The notes below the pieces were generated by a model. It did no database searches, was not told the DNA's origin, and worked only from the letters and a program-made list of their open reading frames with translations. 64,000 nt of DNA from Eledone cirrhosa (Eukaryota): contig OZ024744.1 in NCBI GenBank assembly GCA_964016885.1, forward strand, positions 125,612,001-125,676,000, in the 5' to 3' direction. A program made the position numbers and the translations under genes. Below are positions 12,103 to 23,166 of the stretch, in pieces (position 1 is the stretch's first letter; each line of letters starts with the position of its first letter).

Positions 12103-12136
<34 letters not shown>
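11394..12136. repeat. Compound microsatellite plus three (CT)n-AGTAGT-(AG)n-(CCCTAA)n-like units
   Basis: Directly visible; degenerate interstitial telomere-type repeats at ~11787, ~11929 and ~12076. Copy 2 at 45310-46052. Confidence 0.88.
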
Positions 12137-12139
<3 letters not shown>

Positions 12140-12269
12140 TTTTTAACATTGTTTTGTTTTTCTTTTCTTTTCTTATTCAGATGACAAACGGCAGAGGATA
12201 CAACAGAAGAAAAGAACAAAGATAATTATTATTATTATTACTATTATTATTTGTTTTATTATAATCAAA

Positions 12270-13330
12270 ATATGCTGTTAGTTAGATCTGCATTGCGTAC
12301 ATTTTATATAATTTATGCCAGTTCCTTTTCTGCATATCGAACATGGCCATTTCCCTGACGGAATAGAGTTTTGTCCTCTTTCGTGACACAAAGTACAGCC
12401 AGCGGCATCATTGCGGACAGACTTAATCCCGAATTGCACTGACACACTGCCTCGCAATACGGAACACCGCACGTCTTTGATCTTCTTCCCGTCGATCAGC
12501 CTCCTTGCCATGCTAAGTACACCTGACGTCTAGCTTCTCTCTTAGCGGCGGCTTTATATTCTTCTCTACTCCCACTAATTTTCCAAGCATTCCATGCTAG
12601 CCTTTAGTCTCCAATGGCCCGATCTACCGTGCTGTCCCACCACCATGTCACTCTCTGTCTGGTTGGAACTCTGATCCAGCCACAAGTTTAATCAGTAGCC
12701 TGCAATAAGTTGTCACATAAGAAAATCGAGTTCTCATGTATGTCATACGACTGTGAATTGTCTTCTTTTTCGTCATACACATATTGAAGGGCTTTCCTAA
12801 ATTTCTATTTTAGTGAAATCTCTTTTAGCTTCCAGACCTTTCTTTTTTCCACATCTTCCTGTATGTCTCAATCATACCTGGAGCTGTCCAACATGACCAT
12901 TGAAATCCCCTGCTAGCATAACGATGTCTCCGTCCTGTCATTGTGGCTGTTTGTAAAAATTGCTTGTAAATGAAGTCTTTCTTTTCTTTACCTAGCAGAA
13001 GCAATTAACACTAACCCAACTGTAACACTAACCCTAACACTAACTTATGCAGGCCTAGGTAAAGACAAGAAAGATAAAACAAGGAGTGATGCTTCTTGAA
13101 TTTTGTGATGCAAGTGTTTTAACCATTTGCAAAACCAACTTCCACAAACCTGCCTCACTGCCGCCTAATAACCTACAAATCAGGCAAGCACAGAAGCCGG
13201 ATTTCTCGGTAGTTAGGCAGCGAGACAGACAGATGGGGTGTGAAGTACCAGGGTGTGCCCCGGGGAGGAATGTTTCCCACAGCGTGGGTTGGTTGTTGGT
13301 GATGTCTCGGTTATCTTGAGACGGAGTGAG
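12270..13330. mobile_element. Mosaic of RTE fragments on both strands
   Basis: Minus: SGKWPCSICRKG...KCTQC, a linker homologous to 1300-1700, and AGDFNGHVG. Plus: LLEFCDA...NFHKP. Copy 2 at ~46186-47246. Confidence 0.7.
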
Positions 13331-13706
13331 ACGTGCAGGAATACTCTCACGGAATCGCCAAATGAGGTTTATTTTTCAACATAGTCCCTGGAATGAAACA
13401 ATGTGGTTATTAAGAAGAATTGAAATTAATGTAAGATTTCACAGATCTATGATCAATCCTTCACAGTCAGCTTACAAAGTTTTCAGCCAAACCTTGTGTA
13501 TTTCCAACATTTCAAACCCTATCTAGGACTACATTATCTAATGTACAGTACAGTAGTTAGTATTAGTGGCTATCAGACATAGTGTATCTAAATGCAACAT
13601 TTTTAACATTGTTTTTTTTTTCTTTTCTTTTCTTTTCTTATTCAGATGACAGACGGCAGAGGATACAATAGAAGAAAAGAACAATGATAATTATTATTAT
13701 TATTAT

Positions 13707-14110
13707 TGTTGTTATTCCTTGAATCTCAGTCATTGATGTTGGTTAACTGGAAAGTCCGTTGGAATGAATATCAAGCCACTACCTGCAGCCTCAGATATTC
13801 AGGACGTATCGGAGGGTTCTTGCTGTTCCAAGCAAGCATGCCTTTTGAAGCGTTCCAAAAAGCGTGAAGGGGCCGATTTTCTTTAACCATCCCTGGAAAC
13901 TTTTGGAGATGGACAAAAAACTGGAACACAATAGACCTGACCTGGTGGTTGTGGACAAAGAAAAAAGATCGTGTCTGATTGTGGATGTGGCCTGCCCGTT
14001 CAACACGAGAGTGCAAGAGAAGGAGAGGGAGAAAATTAACCGATACCAGGACCTAAAGTGGGAGGTGAAAAGGATTTGGAACTTCCATGAAGTCAAAGTG
14101 ATCCCGATTG
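13707..14110 (-). mobile_element. R4/Dong-like (RLE) non-LTR retrotransposon 3' fragment with 5' inversion, inserted in (ATT)n
   Basis: Plus 13912-14110: HNRPDLVVVDK...LIVDVACP...EKINRYQDL...VIPI (PD-(D/E)xK RLE). Minus 13910-13791: ISKSFQGWLKKIG...LQKACLLGTARTLRYVLNI*, then 3' UTR and a TAA-type tail. Confidence 0.82.
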
Positions 14111-14151
<41 letters not shown>

Positions 14152-14184
14152 TATTATTTGTTTTATTATAATCAAAATATGCTG

Positions 14185-14705
14185 TTAGTTAGATCTGCAT
14201 TGTGTACATTTTATATAATTTATGCCAGTTCCTTTTCTACATATCGAACATGGCCATTTCCCTGACGGAATAGAGTTTTGTCCTCTTTTCTACTCATCAA
14301 CACTCATTCGTGACACAAAGTACAGCCAGCGGCATCATTGCGGACAGACTTAATCCTGATTTGCACTGACACACTGCCTCGCAATACGGAACACCGCACG
14401 TCTTTGATCTTCTTCCCGTCGATCAGCCTCCTTGCCATGCAAAGTACACCTGACGTCTAGCTTCTCTCTTAGCGGCGGCGGCTGTATATTCTTCTCTACT
14501 CCCACTAATTTTCCAAGCATTCCATGCTAGTCTTTAGTCTCCAATGGCCCGATCTACAGTTTCTGTCTCAACTCGTCTATGCTTGGTCGTTCCCGCACAT
14601 TGACATTGCACATCCAACGGAGCATGCTTGCTTCATTTCTCTCCAGCCGTCGCATGTCCTCTGCAGTTGCTGCCCGTGTCTCACTACCATGCAGCATCGC
14701 GCATC
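14185..14705 (-). mobile_element. RTE fragments (duplicate of ~12270-12620 plus a C-terminal piece)
   Basis: AMLHGSET...MRRLERNEASMLRWMCNV...ELRQKL. Copy 2 at ~48096-48613. Confidence 0.7.
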
Positions 14706-14715
14706 TAAACCTGGC

Positions 14716-15585
14716 CCTTACCCTAACCCCAACCTCTTTGGTTTTCGTTTTCTCGACGGCTAGCCGCATTTCGTGATCCGCCTTTCGATTGCGCTTCCGT
14801 CGCGGCAAAAGAATTGCCTTTCCAGACCGCCGTCGCCCGACCGGACCCATGATAGAAGACGTTCGTTACCGTTGGAGCAACGCAAATTACTCCTCGGTTG
14901 ACGCCAAAAACGAACGCCTTCCCGCCTCGCGCCGCCTTCTCCTCGCCGACCCTCGGCCTCGACGATTAGCCACTTTCCGTCACAGCAGTAGATACGCGTC
15001 CGTCGTAATAGCCGTCATTTTAACGCAGGAGAAACGCCTAATTGCCCTGCACCGCGTTTGACGGCGATCTACGACGGCGACGATGCGCGCACTCTTCCTT
15101 GCTGCGACGAAGGTTTCGGCTTTTCGTCGTGGACCCGGTCAGGTCATGCCGCTGACCTCGCGTTACGGCGACGCGAGAAGACGTTCGTTACCGCTGGAGC
15201 AACGCAAATTACTCCTCGGTTGACGCCAAAAACGAACGCCTCGCGCCGCCGCTTCCTCCTCGGCCTCGACGATTAGCCGCTTTCCGTCACAGCAGTAGAT
15301 ACGCGTCCATCGTAATAGCCGTCATTTTAACGCAGGAGAAACGCCTTGACGACGATATACGACGGGTCGACGACGCGCGCACTCTTTCTGCTGCGACGAA
15401 GGTTTTGGCTTTTCGTTGTGGACCCGGTCGGGTCATGCCTCTGACCTCGCGTTGCGTCGCCACCGCCGCGGCGGGCTTGGGTTTAGCCGTAGCTACCCTC
15501 GTTTTGCCAACGGCGACGCGAGAAGACGTTCGTTACCGCTGGAGCAACGCAAATTACTCCTCGGATGAGGCCAAAAACGAACGCT
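14716..15585 (+). repeat. Diverged dispersed copy of the rDNA spacer/ETS-like sequence (partial 172-bp unit + two ~320-350-bp units)
   Basis: Homologous to 21760-21930 and 22550-22920; shares the core GAAGACGTTCGTTACCGCTGGAGCAACGCAAATTACTCCTCGG; preceded by CCCTTACCCTAACCCCAACC. Copy 2 at 48624-49493. Confidence 0.8.
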
Positions 15586-15663
15586 GAAGAGATATTGTCC
15601 ATGGATATCGGGAATTTTACCCGCCCTAGATAGATAGATAGATAGGGATGTATGTATGTATGT

Positions 15664-15703
<40 letters not shown>

Positions 15704-16082
15704 GTATGTATCTTTCTCATTCTCTCTGTATGTATGTATGTATGTATATATATATAATTATATATTTATAGACATCCTGAAAGCTTTTTAAATGTCTGAG
15801 AGATTGGCTAAATATGTTTTGCAGGTATGACCAGTAAGAGAGAGGTAAGTTATTTCAAAACAATTCTTTGACCATTATTTTAAGGTACTATCTCAGTGTA
15901 TTTTTAAATTGACCTCTTGATAGGATGAAATGACCTGTATAATTTTTTTCATATTTAGATGGAATAGAAGAAAAACAAGAAAAATGAAATGAATTCAAAC
16001 AGAAAATATACACCAATGCCAATGGAGGTATGATTTCAGTTTAATCTTAACCTAATGACCACTTTACAGAGTGTACTGGATA

Positions 16083-16119
<37 letters not shown>

Positions 16120-16121
16120 CT

Positions 16122-16163
<42 letters not shown>

Positions 16164-16389
16164 AGGAAGCTCCAACCGTTAAGGTTGTCTTTCCATTTAT
16201 TAATATATTGTGTATTTACTCCACTAAACTGTTGAGTGCTTTATATCGGTTATAAAAAAATTTCAGCTTGTTGAATCCCAAAATAGTTGTTGAAACAGCC
16301 ACAGCTCAGCCGTCGGGGTCCTGAATATTTATCATATATATATACGTATGAGTGTGTGTGTTTTGAGAATTAATAATTATATAAACAAG

Positions 16390-17110
16390 TTTGTAATGAA
16401 CAATTTATTTCTTATCAAAACTGTATAAACATGATATTATTTACAGTAAGAATAACAATAATAATGATGGTTTCTAGTAAAGGTGGAAGGCCAGTAATTT
16501 GGGGGAGGGGAAAGTTGATTAAATCGAAGAGAGAAAGAAAGAAAAAACAGAACGGGAAGGAGAGGGGATGGCAAGAGGTCCGGTGTCGCAGGAGAGAGGG
16601 GAGGGTGGTTGAGCTTTGAGTCTAGGGCAAGAGGGCAGAAATGCTGCGCCCCACGGATAAGACGGCAAAAATATTCTCGCGGACGATGGCCAGAGATACC
16701 CAATGCAACAACCACCCAACCTCGCGGTGTTCCCTCCTCAGATGGGCTGCTGACTCTCCGATCTTTTGGAGGAGCTCGGCAGTACAAGGTCCAAGTACTC
16801 CTGGGGTCTCGACGTTGACTGGTGCAGAGAGGAAGTGGCCGGACAATCCTCGGTATTTGTTTATTTTACGTTCTTCTGCGAGGTGGGCTGCGATGCCGGG
16901 GTTTGTGACCGAAACGACTTGGAAACGAAGTTGTAGGCGGAGATTGTGTCGTAGCTGGTGGTGTCCCAGATGAGGGACCTACGTCCTTCGAATGGGAAGA
17001 GAGTGATTCCGTCGGGGCGCTTGCCATCTCCGGGACCTGTTGGCCCCAGTTGTGATGGGAAGCCAGCTGCGTCCAGGCTTCTTCTCAATATGTCGTTGAC
17101 AACGACGTGT
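16390..17110 (-). mobile_element. CRE-like (RLE) non-LTR retrotransposon 3' fragment
   Basis: VNDILRRSL...DGKRPDGITLFPF..RSLIWDTT...VETPGVLGP...VSLAIVREN, frameshifted, followed by 3' UTR-like sequence. Copy 2 at ~50256-50976. Confidence 0.72.
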
Positions 17111-17655
17111 ATCTATTCAATAATTATTTGAATATTGAAATTTTAGGTTTAACTACCTTTTAAACCAAATACATTAAGAAAGGCATGACCAACACCACAT
17201 CATTTTTATTTCTATTTTGAAAGTAGGTTTATAAGTATTAAATTTCAGTAGATTCTTATATCCTTCATGGTGGTCTGGTGGGAGATACGAGAGATGGTGG
17301 AGGTTCTGGTCTGGGGTTCAATCCTGCTCAGGAGATACTCTAAGGGGGTTCATACTAAACTTCTTCAGTGTTTCTTATCTCTAGAGACAAATATATATAC
17401 ATAAGGTAATCTGGTAAAGTTGTTAGAACATCACATAGAATTCTTTGTAGTATTTTTTCCAGTTCTTCAATCTGAGTTCAACTTTACTTTTCTTCCATTC
17501 GGGGTTGATAATAACGTACCAGTCAAATACTAGGGGTTAATTCTTCCTCTATATCTCTTTCTCACTCTCTGTCTGTTTTATTAAGACCTGGAGAGGTGAT
17601 GTACTCTACCAGGTTTTATAATGAGTGATGGGGTCATACCTGCCTGCTACACCTC

Positions 17656-17975
17656 TGTGTACTAAGTGTAGCATATTATATCCTTGTTCAGGGCCTTCCT
17701 GACATTACTGTGTACTAAGGGTAGCATTTTATATCCTTGTTCAGGGCCATCTTAACATTGCTGTGTACTAAGTGTAGCATATTATATCCTTGTTCGGGGC
17801 CTTCCTGACATTAGTGTGTACTGAGTGTAGATTTTAACATCCTTGTTCTGGGCCTTCCTAACATTACTGTGTACTGAGTGTAGATTTTAACATCTTTGTT
17901 CAGAGCCTTCCTTACATTACTGTGTACTAAGTGTAGCATTTCATATACTTGTTCTGGGCCTTCCTAACGTTACTG
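17656..17975. repeat. 52-53-bp minisatellite (6 units)
   Basis: Unit TGTGTACTAAGTGTAGCATATTATATCCTTGTTCAGGGCCTTCCTGACATTAC. Copy 2 starts at 51522. Confidence 0.9.
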
Positions 17976-18760
17976 TGGAAATAGTAGTTTATATCCAATA
18001 TGTAATATAGATATGGATTCTACAGGACTAAAACTCATTAATATGAGGGGTATTAGTAGATTATATGCCATATTTAATAGAGAAATGGCTTCTACAAGAC
18101 TAAAACTCATTAATATGAGGGGTATTACAGTTTATATGCCATATTTAATACAGAAATGGCTTCTAAAGGACTAGAACTCTTTAAATTGAATAAAATAGTA
18201 GTATATATCCTATGTTTAATACAGAAATGCCTTCTAAAGGACTAAAACTCATTAATATGAGGGTATTAGTAGATTATATAACATATTTAATACAGAAATG
18301 GCTTTTAAATTCAGGGACTCGTTAATTTGATGGAAATAGTAGTGTCTATGCAATATTTAATACAGAAATAGCTTCTACAGGACTAAAACTAATTAATATG
18401 AGGGGTATTAGTAGTATATGTGCCATATTTAATACAGAGATGGCTTCTAAATGGAGGGATCTCATTAATTCGATTGAAATGGTAGTGTATATGCAATATT
18501 TAATACAGAAATAGCTTCTACAAGAATAAAACTCATTAATATGAAGGTTATTATTACATTATATGCCATATTTAATACAGAAATCGGTTCTAAAGGACTA
18601 GAACTCTTTAATTCAAATCAAATAGTAGTATAAAGCAATATTTACTACAGAAATGGCTTCTACAAGACTAAAAATCCTTAATATGAGGGGTATTGTTAGA
18701 TTATATACCATATTTAATACAGAAATGGCTTCTAAATGAAGAAATCTCTTTAATTCGATA
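17976..18760. repeat. AT-rich ~71-bp minisatellite with two alternating subtypes (~11 units)
   Basis: Recurring ATATTTAATACAGAAATGGCTTCTA. Copy 2 at ~51842-52620. Confidence 0.88.
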
Positions 18761-19784
18761 GTAATAGTAATAATAATAATAGTAATAGTAATAATACAGC
18801 CAATTTTCCACGCAATACTTTTAGTTAGCACCCCGAACGCATAATTGGGAATATAATCACTTATTTCCTAATGTTTGTTGAGTGAGTTGGGAAAAAAACT
18901 TGGGAAATATATTTTCAGGGTCTCAAAATCTTAAAGAGAAAAAAAAGTCCTGTGGAAGGTAGCAAAACAATTAGGAAGAAAATGGTTTGAAGTTGGTTGG
19001 TGAGTATAAGATTACAGTATCTTGTTGATTTCTATAAAGTTTACTTTTAACTGAATTGGTAAAAATGGATAAATTAGAAGACACAATATAATAACTAATA
19101 TTGTCTTCTAAAACAGGGAATAAAAATATGTTGGTGTATTGGGGGGGGGGGGGGGGGTAAACATGTGAGTTAATGGGAATGTTTTTGTTTGTTTTTATTG
19201 AAACATATTCAATCTACAGATAGGTTGTTATAGTTATTTAGTCTCGGGTCTGCCATTATCTGCAGATTTATAATTGAGGGGTGTTCCAGGTGTGACCACC
19301 CTACATTATTCCTAGAGATTGTTACTCCTTCATTCTTCAGTCATCTTGGTCTTCTTATGAGATGGTGGTGTAGTCTTATTTATTGTTAAGGTTATGGTCT
19401 TCCTTTGTCCACACTCTCTATCTATCTATCTATCTATCAAAGGCTTCCTTCTCTGGAAAAAGATGATTTAATATTCACAACCATCTGTCTAATTGTTTTC
19501 TGATGAGAATAAAGTTAATCTTGCTTGTATGTCTACCTGATCAAATGACTGGCTGATATCTTGAAGTCATTTACACCACAGAACTGTAGGAGTCTTGATC
19601 CCTCAAGCCATACCTCTAGCCATCATGTACTCCAAAAGAGTCTCACCTTGGTGCTACTCAACATGTCCATTAAATTTAGCAGCAAGGATGCCCTCTTCTT
19701 AGTGAGAGACAACTACAAGAGAGGTTCTTAGAGAAGAATAAGCCACTATAGTTAACTTTTGTTGACATAGAGAACCCCGATCTG

Positions 19785-20465
19785 TCATCTGGTGGTCCTT
19801 AAGGAAACTAGGTGTAGGGGAATGGCTTGTGAGGACAGTGCAAGCTATGTACAAGGGTGCTGTCAGTAAAGTGAGAGGAGGAATTCCAGAAACAAAGTAG
19901 GTGTACATCAGGGTTCGGTCCTCAGTCCGCTCTTGTTCATTATAGTCCTCCCTCCCTCCCTCCCTCCCTCCCTCCAAGCCATAACAGAGGAGGAGTAGTT
20001 TAAGACTGGATGCCCATGGGAACTTCTCTATGCTGACGATCTGGTTCTTATAGCAGAATCAGTAGAGGAGCTAGCTAGAGAATAAATTCTGGCTATGGAA
20101 ACAGCAGTAGTTGGAATCAAGAAGACTGAGAGTGAACCTAGCTAAGACAAAAGTGTTTATAAGTAGAAGAGAGGACAAAACTCTGATTCTGTCAGGGAAA
20201 TGGCCATGTTCGATATGTAGGAAAGGAGTTGGCATAAATTCTATGAAATGTAGTACGCAATGCAGATCTTGGCTACACAAGAGATGTAGTGGGATAGCAG
20301 GAAAACTGACTGACAGGTAGGGAGAAATACGTATGCAGTAGATGTACAGGGAAATTTGACAGAGATTGCAGTGATAGACACATTTTTCAAATGCAGGTGG
20401 GATCTATAGAGGGAGTTGATAGCTTCTGATACCTAGGTGATCAGATTAGTAAGGGAGGAGGGTGA
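19785..20465 (+). mobile_element. RTE-clade RT core fragment with Cys/His-rich segment, degenerate
   Basis: GVHQGSVLSPLLFIIVL, GCPWELLYADDLVLIAES, LRVNLAKTKV and GKWPCSICRKGVG...C..C..WLHKRC. Copy 2 at ~53661-54341. Confidence 0.82.
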
Positions 20466-20799
20466 TATAAAATATATTGTTATCATGACTGTCTTTATTA
20501 TTTAAATTACCTCTGTCTATTTACAGATTTTACAGAGTGTACTGGGTGCTTTTATGATGGGAGCAGCAACTCTATACGATTTTACAGAGTGTACTTGGTG
20601 CTTTTATCATGGCACATGGCAGCAGCAGCAGCAGCAACTACGATTTTACAGAGTGTACTTGGTGCTTTTTACTCTGACATCAGCACTGAGGAAGTTGTCA
20701 TATTTTCAGCTAAATTAATGAGTAGAAAAACCAAGTTTCTGCTACAAAAAATTCTCAGATTCAAGGGAGACATTCAGTTTAAGTATGGTATACTGTCAC

Positions 20800-20965
20800 T
20801 AAGGCAGCAAATTGGCAGAGTCGCTAGAATATCAGATAGCATTCTTTACATTATTTGTTTCAGCTCTCTGTTCTCTCAATTCAAATCCTGCTCAGGTCAA
20901 CTTTGCCTTTCATCCATACAAAATAGATTAATAAAAGTACCAGTGTATTACTGGGGTCAATTCTT
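20800..20965 (+). mobile_element. Diverged SINE-like copy
   Basis: TTCAAATCCTGCTCAGGTCAACTTTGCCTTTCATCC...AAAGTACCAGT...ACTGGGGTCAAT. Copy 2 at ~54676-54841. Confidence 0.65.
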
Positions 20966-20993
20966 CTTCTAACTCTTCTGCACTTCCATTCTC

Positions 20994-21034
<41 letters not shown>

Positions 21035-21269
21035 GCTTCTTTAGAACACATCTGCTGTATTCAGACCTGGAGCGGAGATGGGCTCCACCAAGTTTTAAAA
21101 ATTGCCCTTTAAGCGCTGTATGTCAATATGGTGCCCCTATGATTCCCTCCCTCAGGAGTTATGGGACCATAGATACTGTCAATTGTAAAGAATAACAGAG
21201 ATATTCAGTGCTAGTGTGGTGTTCTGTCAGTTGTGGAGATTGATGAATCTAAACAGAAATATCAACAGC

Positions 21270-21455
21270 ACTTTTCATTTCTGAGTAACACATTTGTTAC
21301 CAAGTGCTGCATGGCTGGAATGAAAATCAGTGCTGTGAAAACCAAGACATTCATCCTCTCAAGGAAGCTTGTGCAGTGCACTCTACATGTAAATGGAGTC
21401 CCACTGAAGCAGGTAGAAAAGTTCATGTATCTCGAAGCTGTGTTCACGAGTGATG
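21270..21455 (+). mobile_element. LINE RT C-terminal fragment (RTE-like)
   Basis: GMKISAVKTK...NGVPLKQVEKFMYL..VFTSD. Copy 2 at ~55132-55317. Confidence 0.6.
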
Positions 21456-21593
21456 ACAGAGACGGCAAAGGCACAACACACAACAGAAGAAAAGAACAAT
21501 GACAATTATTATTATTATTATTATTATTATTTGTTTTATTAGTTTTATTATAATAAAAATTGTGCTGTTAGTTTGCTTGCTATACCATCATGT

Positions 21594-21687
21594 ACCCTAA
21601 CCCTAAACCTAACCCCAACTCCAACTCTGACCCTAAACCTAACCCCAACCCCAACCCCAACCCTAACCCTAACCCTAACCCTAACCC
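21594..21687. repeat. Interstitial telomere-type repeat (CCCTAA)n/(CCCCAA)n
   Basis: Perfect CCCTAA units abut the first 172-bp repeat; units become degenerate further left. Confidence 0.9.
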
Positions 21688-22616
21688 ACGATAGAAGACG
21701 TTCGTTACCGCTGGAGCAACGCAAATTACTCCTCGGTTGACGCCAAAAACGAACGCCTTCTCGACGGCTAGCCGCATTTCGTGATCCGCCTTTCGATTGC
21801 GCTTCCGTCGCGGAAAAAGAATTGCCTTTATAGGCCGCCGCCGCCGCCCGACCGGACCCACGATAGAAGACGTTCGTTACCGCTGGAGCAACGCAAATTA
21901 CTCCTCGGTTGACGCCAAAAACGAACGCCTTCTCGACGGCTAGCCGCATTTCGTGATCCGCCTTTCGATTGCGCTTCCGTCGCGGAAAAAGAATTGCCTT
22001 TATAGGCCGCCGCCGCCGCCCGACCGGACCCACGATAGAAGACGTTCGTTACCGCTGGAGCAACGCAAATTACTCCTCGGTTGACGCCAAAAACGAACGC
22101 CTTCTCGACGGCTAGCCGCATTTCGTGATCCGCCTTTCGATTGCGCTTCCGTCGCGGAAAAAGAATTGCCTTTATAGGCCGCCGCCGCCCGACCGGACCC
22201 ACGATAGAAGACGTTCGTTACCGCTGGAGCAACGCAAATTACTCCTCGGTTGACGCCAAAAACGAACGCCTTCTCGACGGCTAGCCGCATTTCGTGATCC
22301 GCCTTTCGATTGCGCTTCCGTCGCGGAAAAAGAATTGCCTTTATAGGCCGCCGCCGCCGCCCGACCGGACCCACGATAGAAGACGTTCGTTACCGCTGGA
22401 GCAACGCAAATTACTCCTCGGTTGACGCCAAAAACGAACGCCTTCTCGACGGCTAGCCGCATTTCGTGATCCGCCTTTCGATTGCGCTTCCGTCGCGGAA
22501 AAAGAATTGCCTTTATAGGCCGCCGCCGCCGCCCGACCGGACCCACGATAGAAGACGTTCGTTACCGCTGGAGCAACGCAAATTACTCCTCGGTTGACGC
22601 CAAAAACGAACGCCTT
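21685..22616 (+). repeat. 169/172-bp CpG-rich tandem repeats, putative rDNA IGS/spacer-promoter subrepeats (5.4 units)
   Basis: Unit starts at 21685, 21857, 22029, 22198, 22370 and 22542; units differ in (GCC)n count. Each full unit carries CTTTATAGGCC. The array ends ~360 bp upstream of the 18S 5' end. Confidence 0.85.
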
Positions 22617-22974
22617 CCGGTTCGGGCGACGTAAAAGTCTGTAGCCTTTTCGCCGATCCTCGACGATTATCCGCCTTCCGAACAACCGCCTTTCCGCCGT
22701 CACAGCAGTAGGTACTCGTCCGTCGTAATAGCCGTCATTTTAATGCAGGAGAAACGCCTAAATGCACTGCGATTGACGACGATCTACGACGCGCTTACTC
22801 TTCCTTGCTGCGACGAAGGTTTCGTTCGGCTTTTCGTCGTGGACCCGGTCAGGTCATGCCGCTGATCTCGCGTTGCGTCGTTACCGCTGGAGCAACGCAA
22901 ATTACTCCTCGTTTAACGCCAACATCGAACGCGCTTCGGTTCTCGGTCGTCGTTGTTTTGTTTCGTGCGGAAGA
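22617..22974 (+). other. 5' ETS-like segment
   Basis: CpG-rich sequence directly upstream of the 18S start; assignment is positional. Copy 2 at 56304-56661. Confidence 0.55.
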
Positions 22975-23160
22975 TACCTGGGTGATCCTGCCAGTAGTCA
23001 TATGCTTGTCTCAAAGCTTAAGCCATGCAAGTGGAAGTTCATGCCGTAAACGAAAATGGTGAAACCGCGAATGGCTCAGGAACCGGATCTAATCCTCGGG
23101 ACCGTATTCCTCACCGCGAGGAGAGGATAACTGTGGCAATTCTAGAGCTAATACATGCAA
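22975..23160 (+). pseudogene. 18S rRNA: 18S rRNA 5'-end fragment (~185 nt, diverged)
   Basis: TACCTGGGTGATCCTGCCAGTAGTCATATGCTTGTCTCAAAG.TTAAGCCATGCA...GGTGAAACCGCGAATGGCTCA...GGATAACTGTGGCAATTCTAGAGCTAATACATGC. Confidence 0.93.
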
Positions 23161-23166
23161 TTGAGA

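Noticed and set aside
21548-22703. Repeated MGPVGRRRR ORFs
   Set aside because: Antisense translations of the 169/172-bp repeats with no domain signal.
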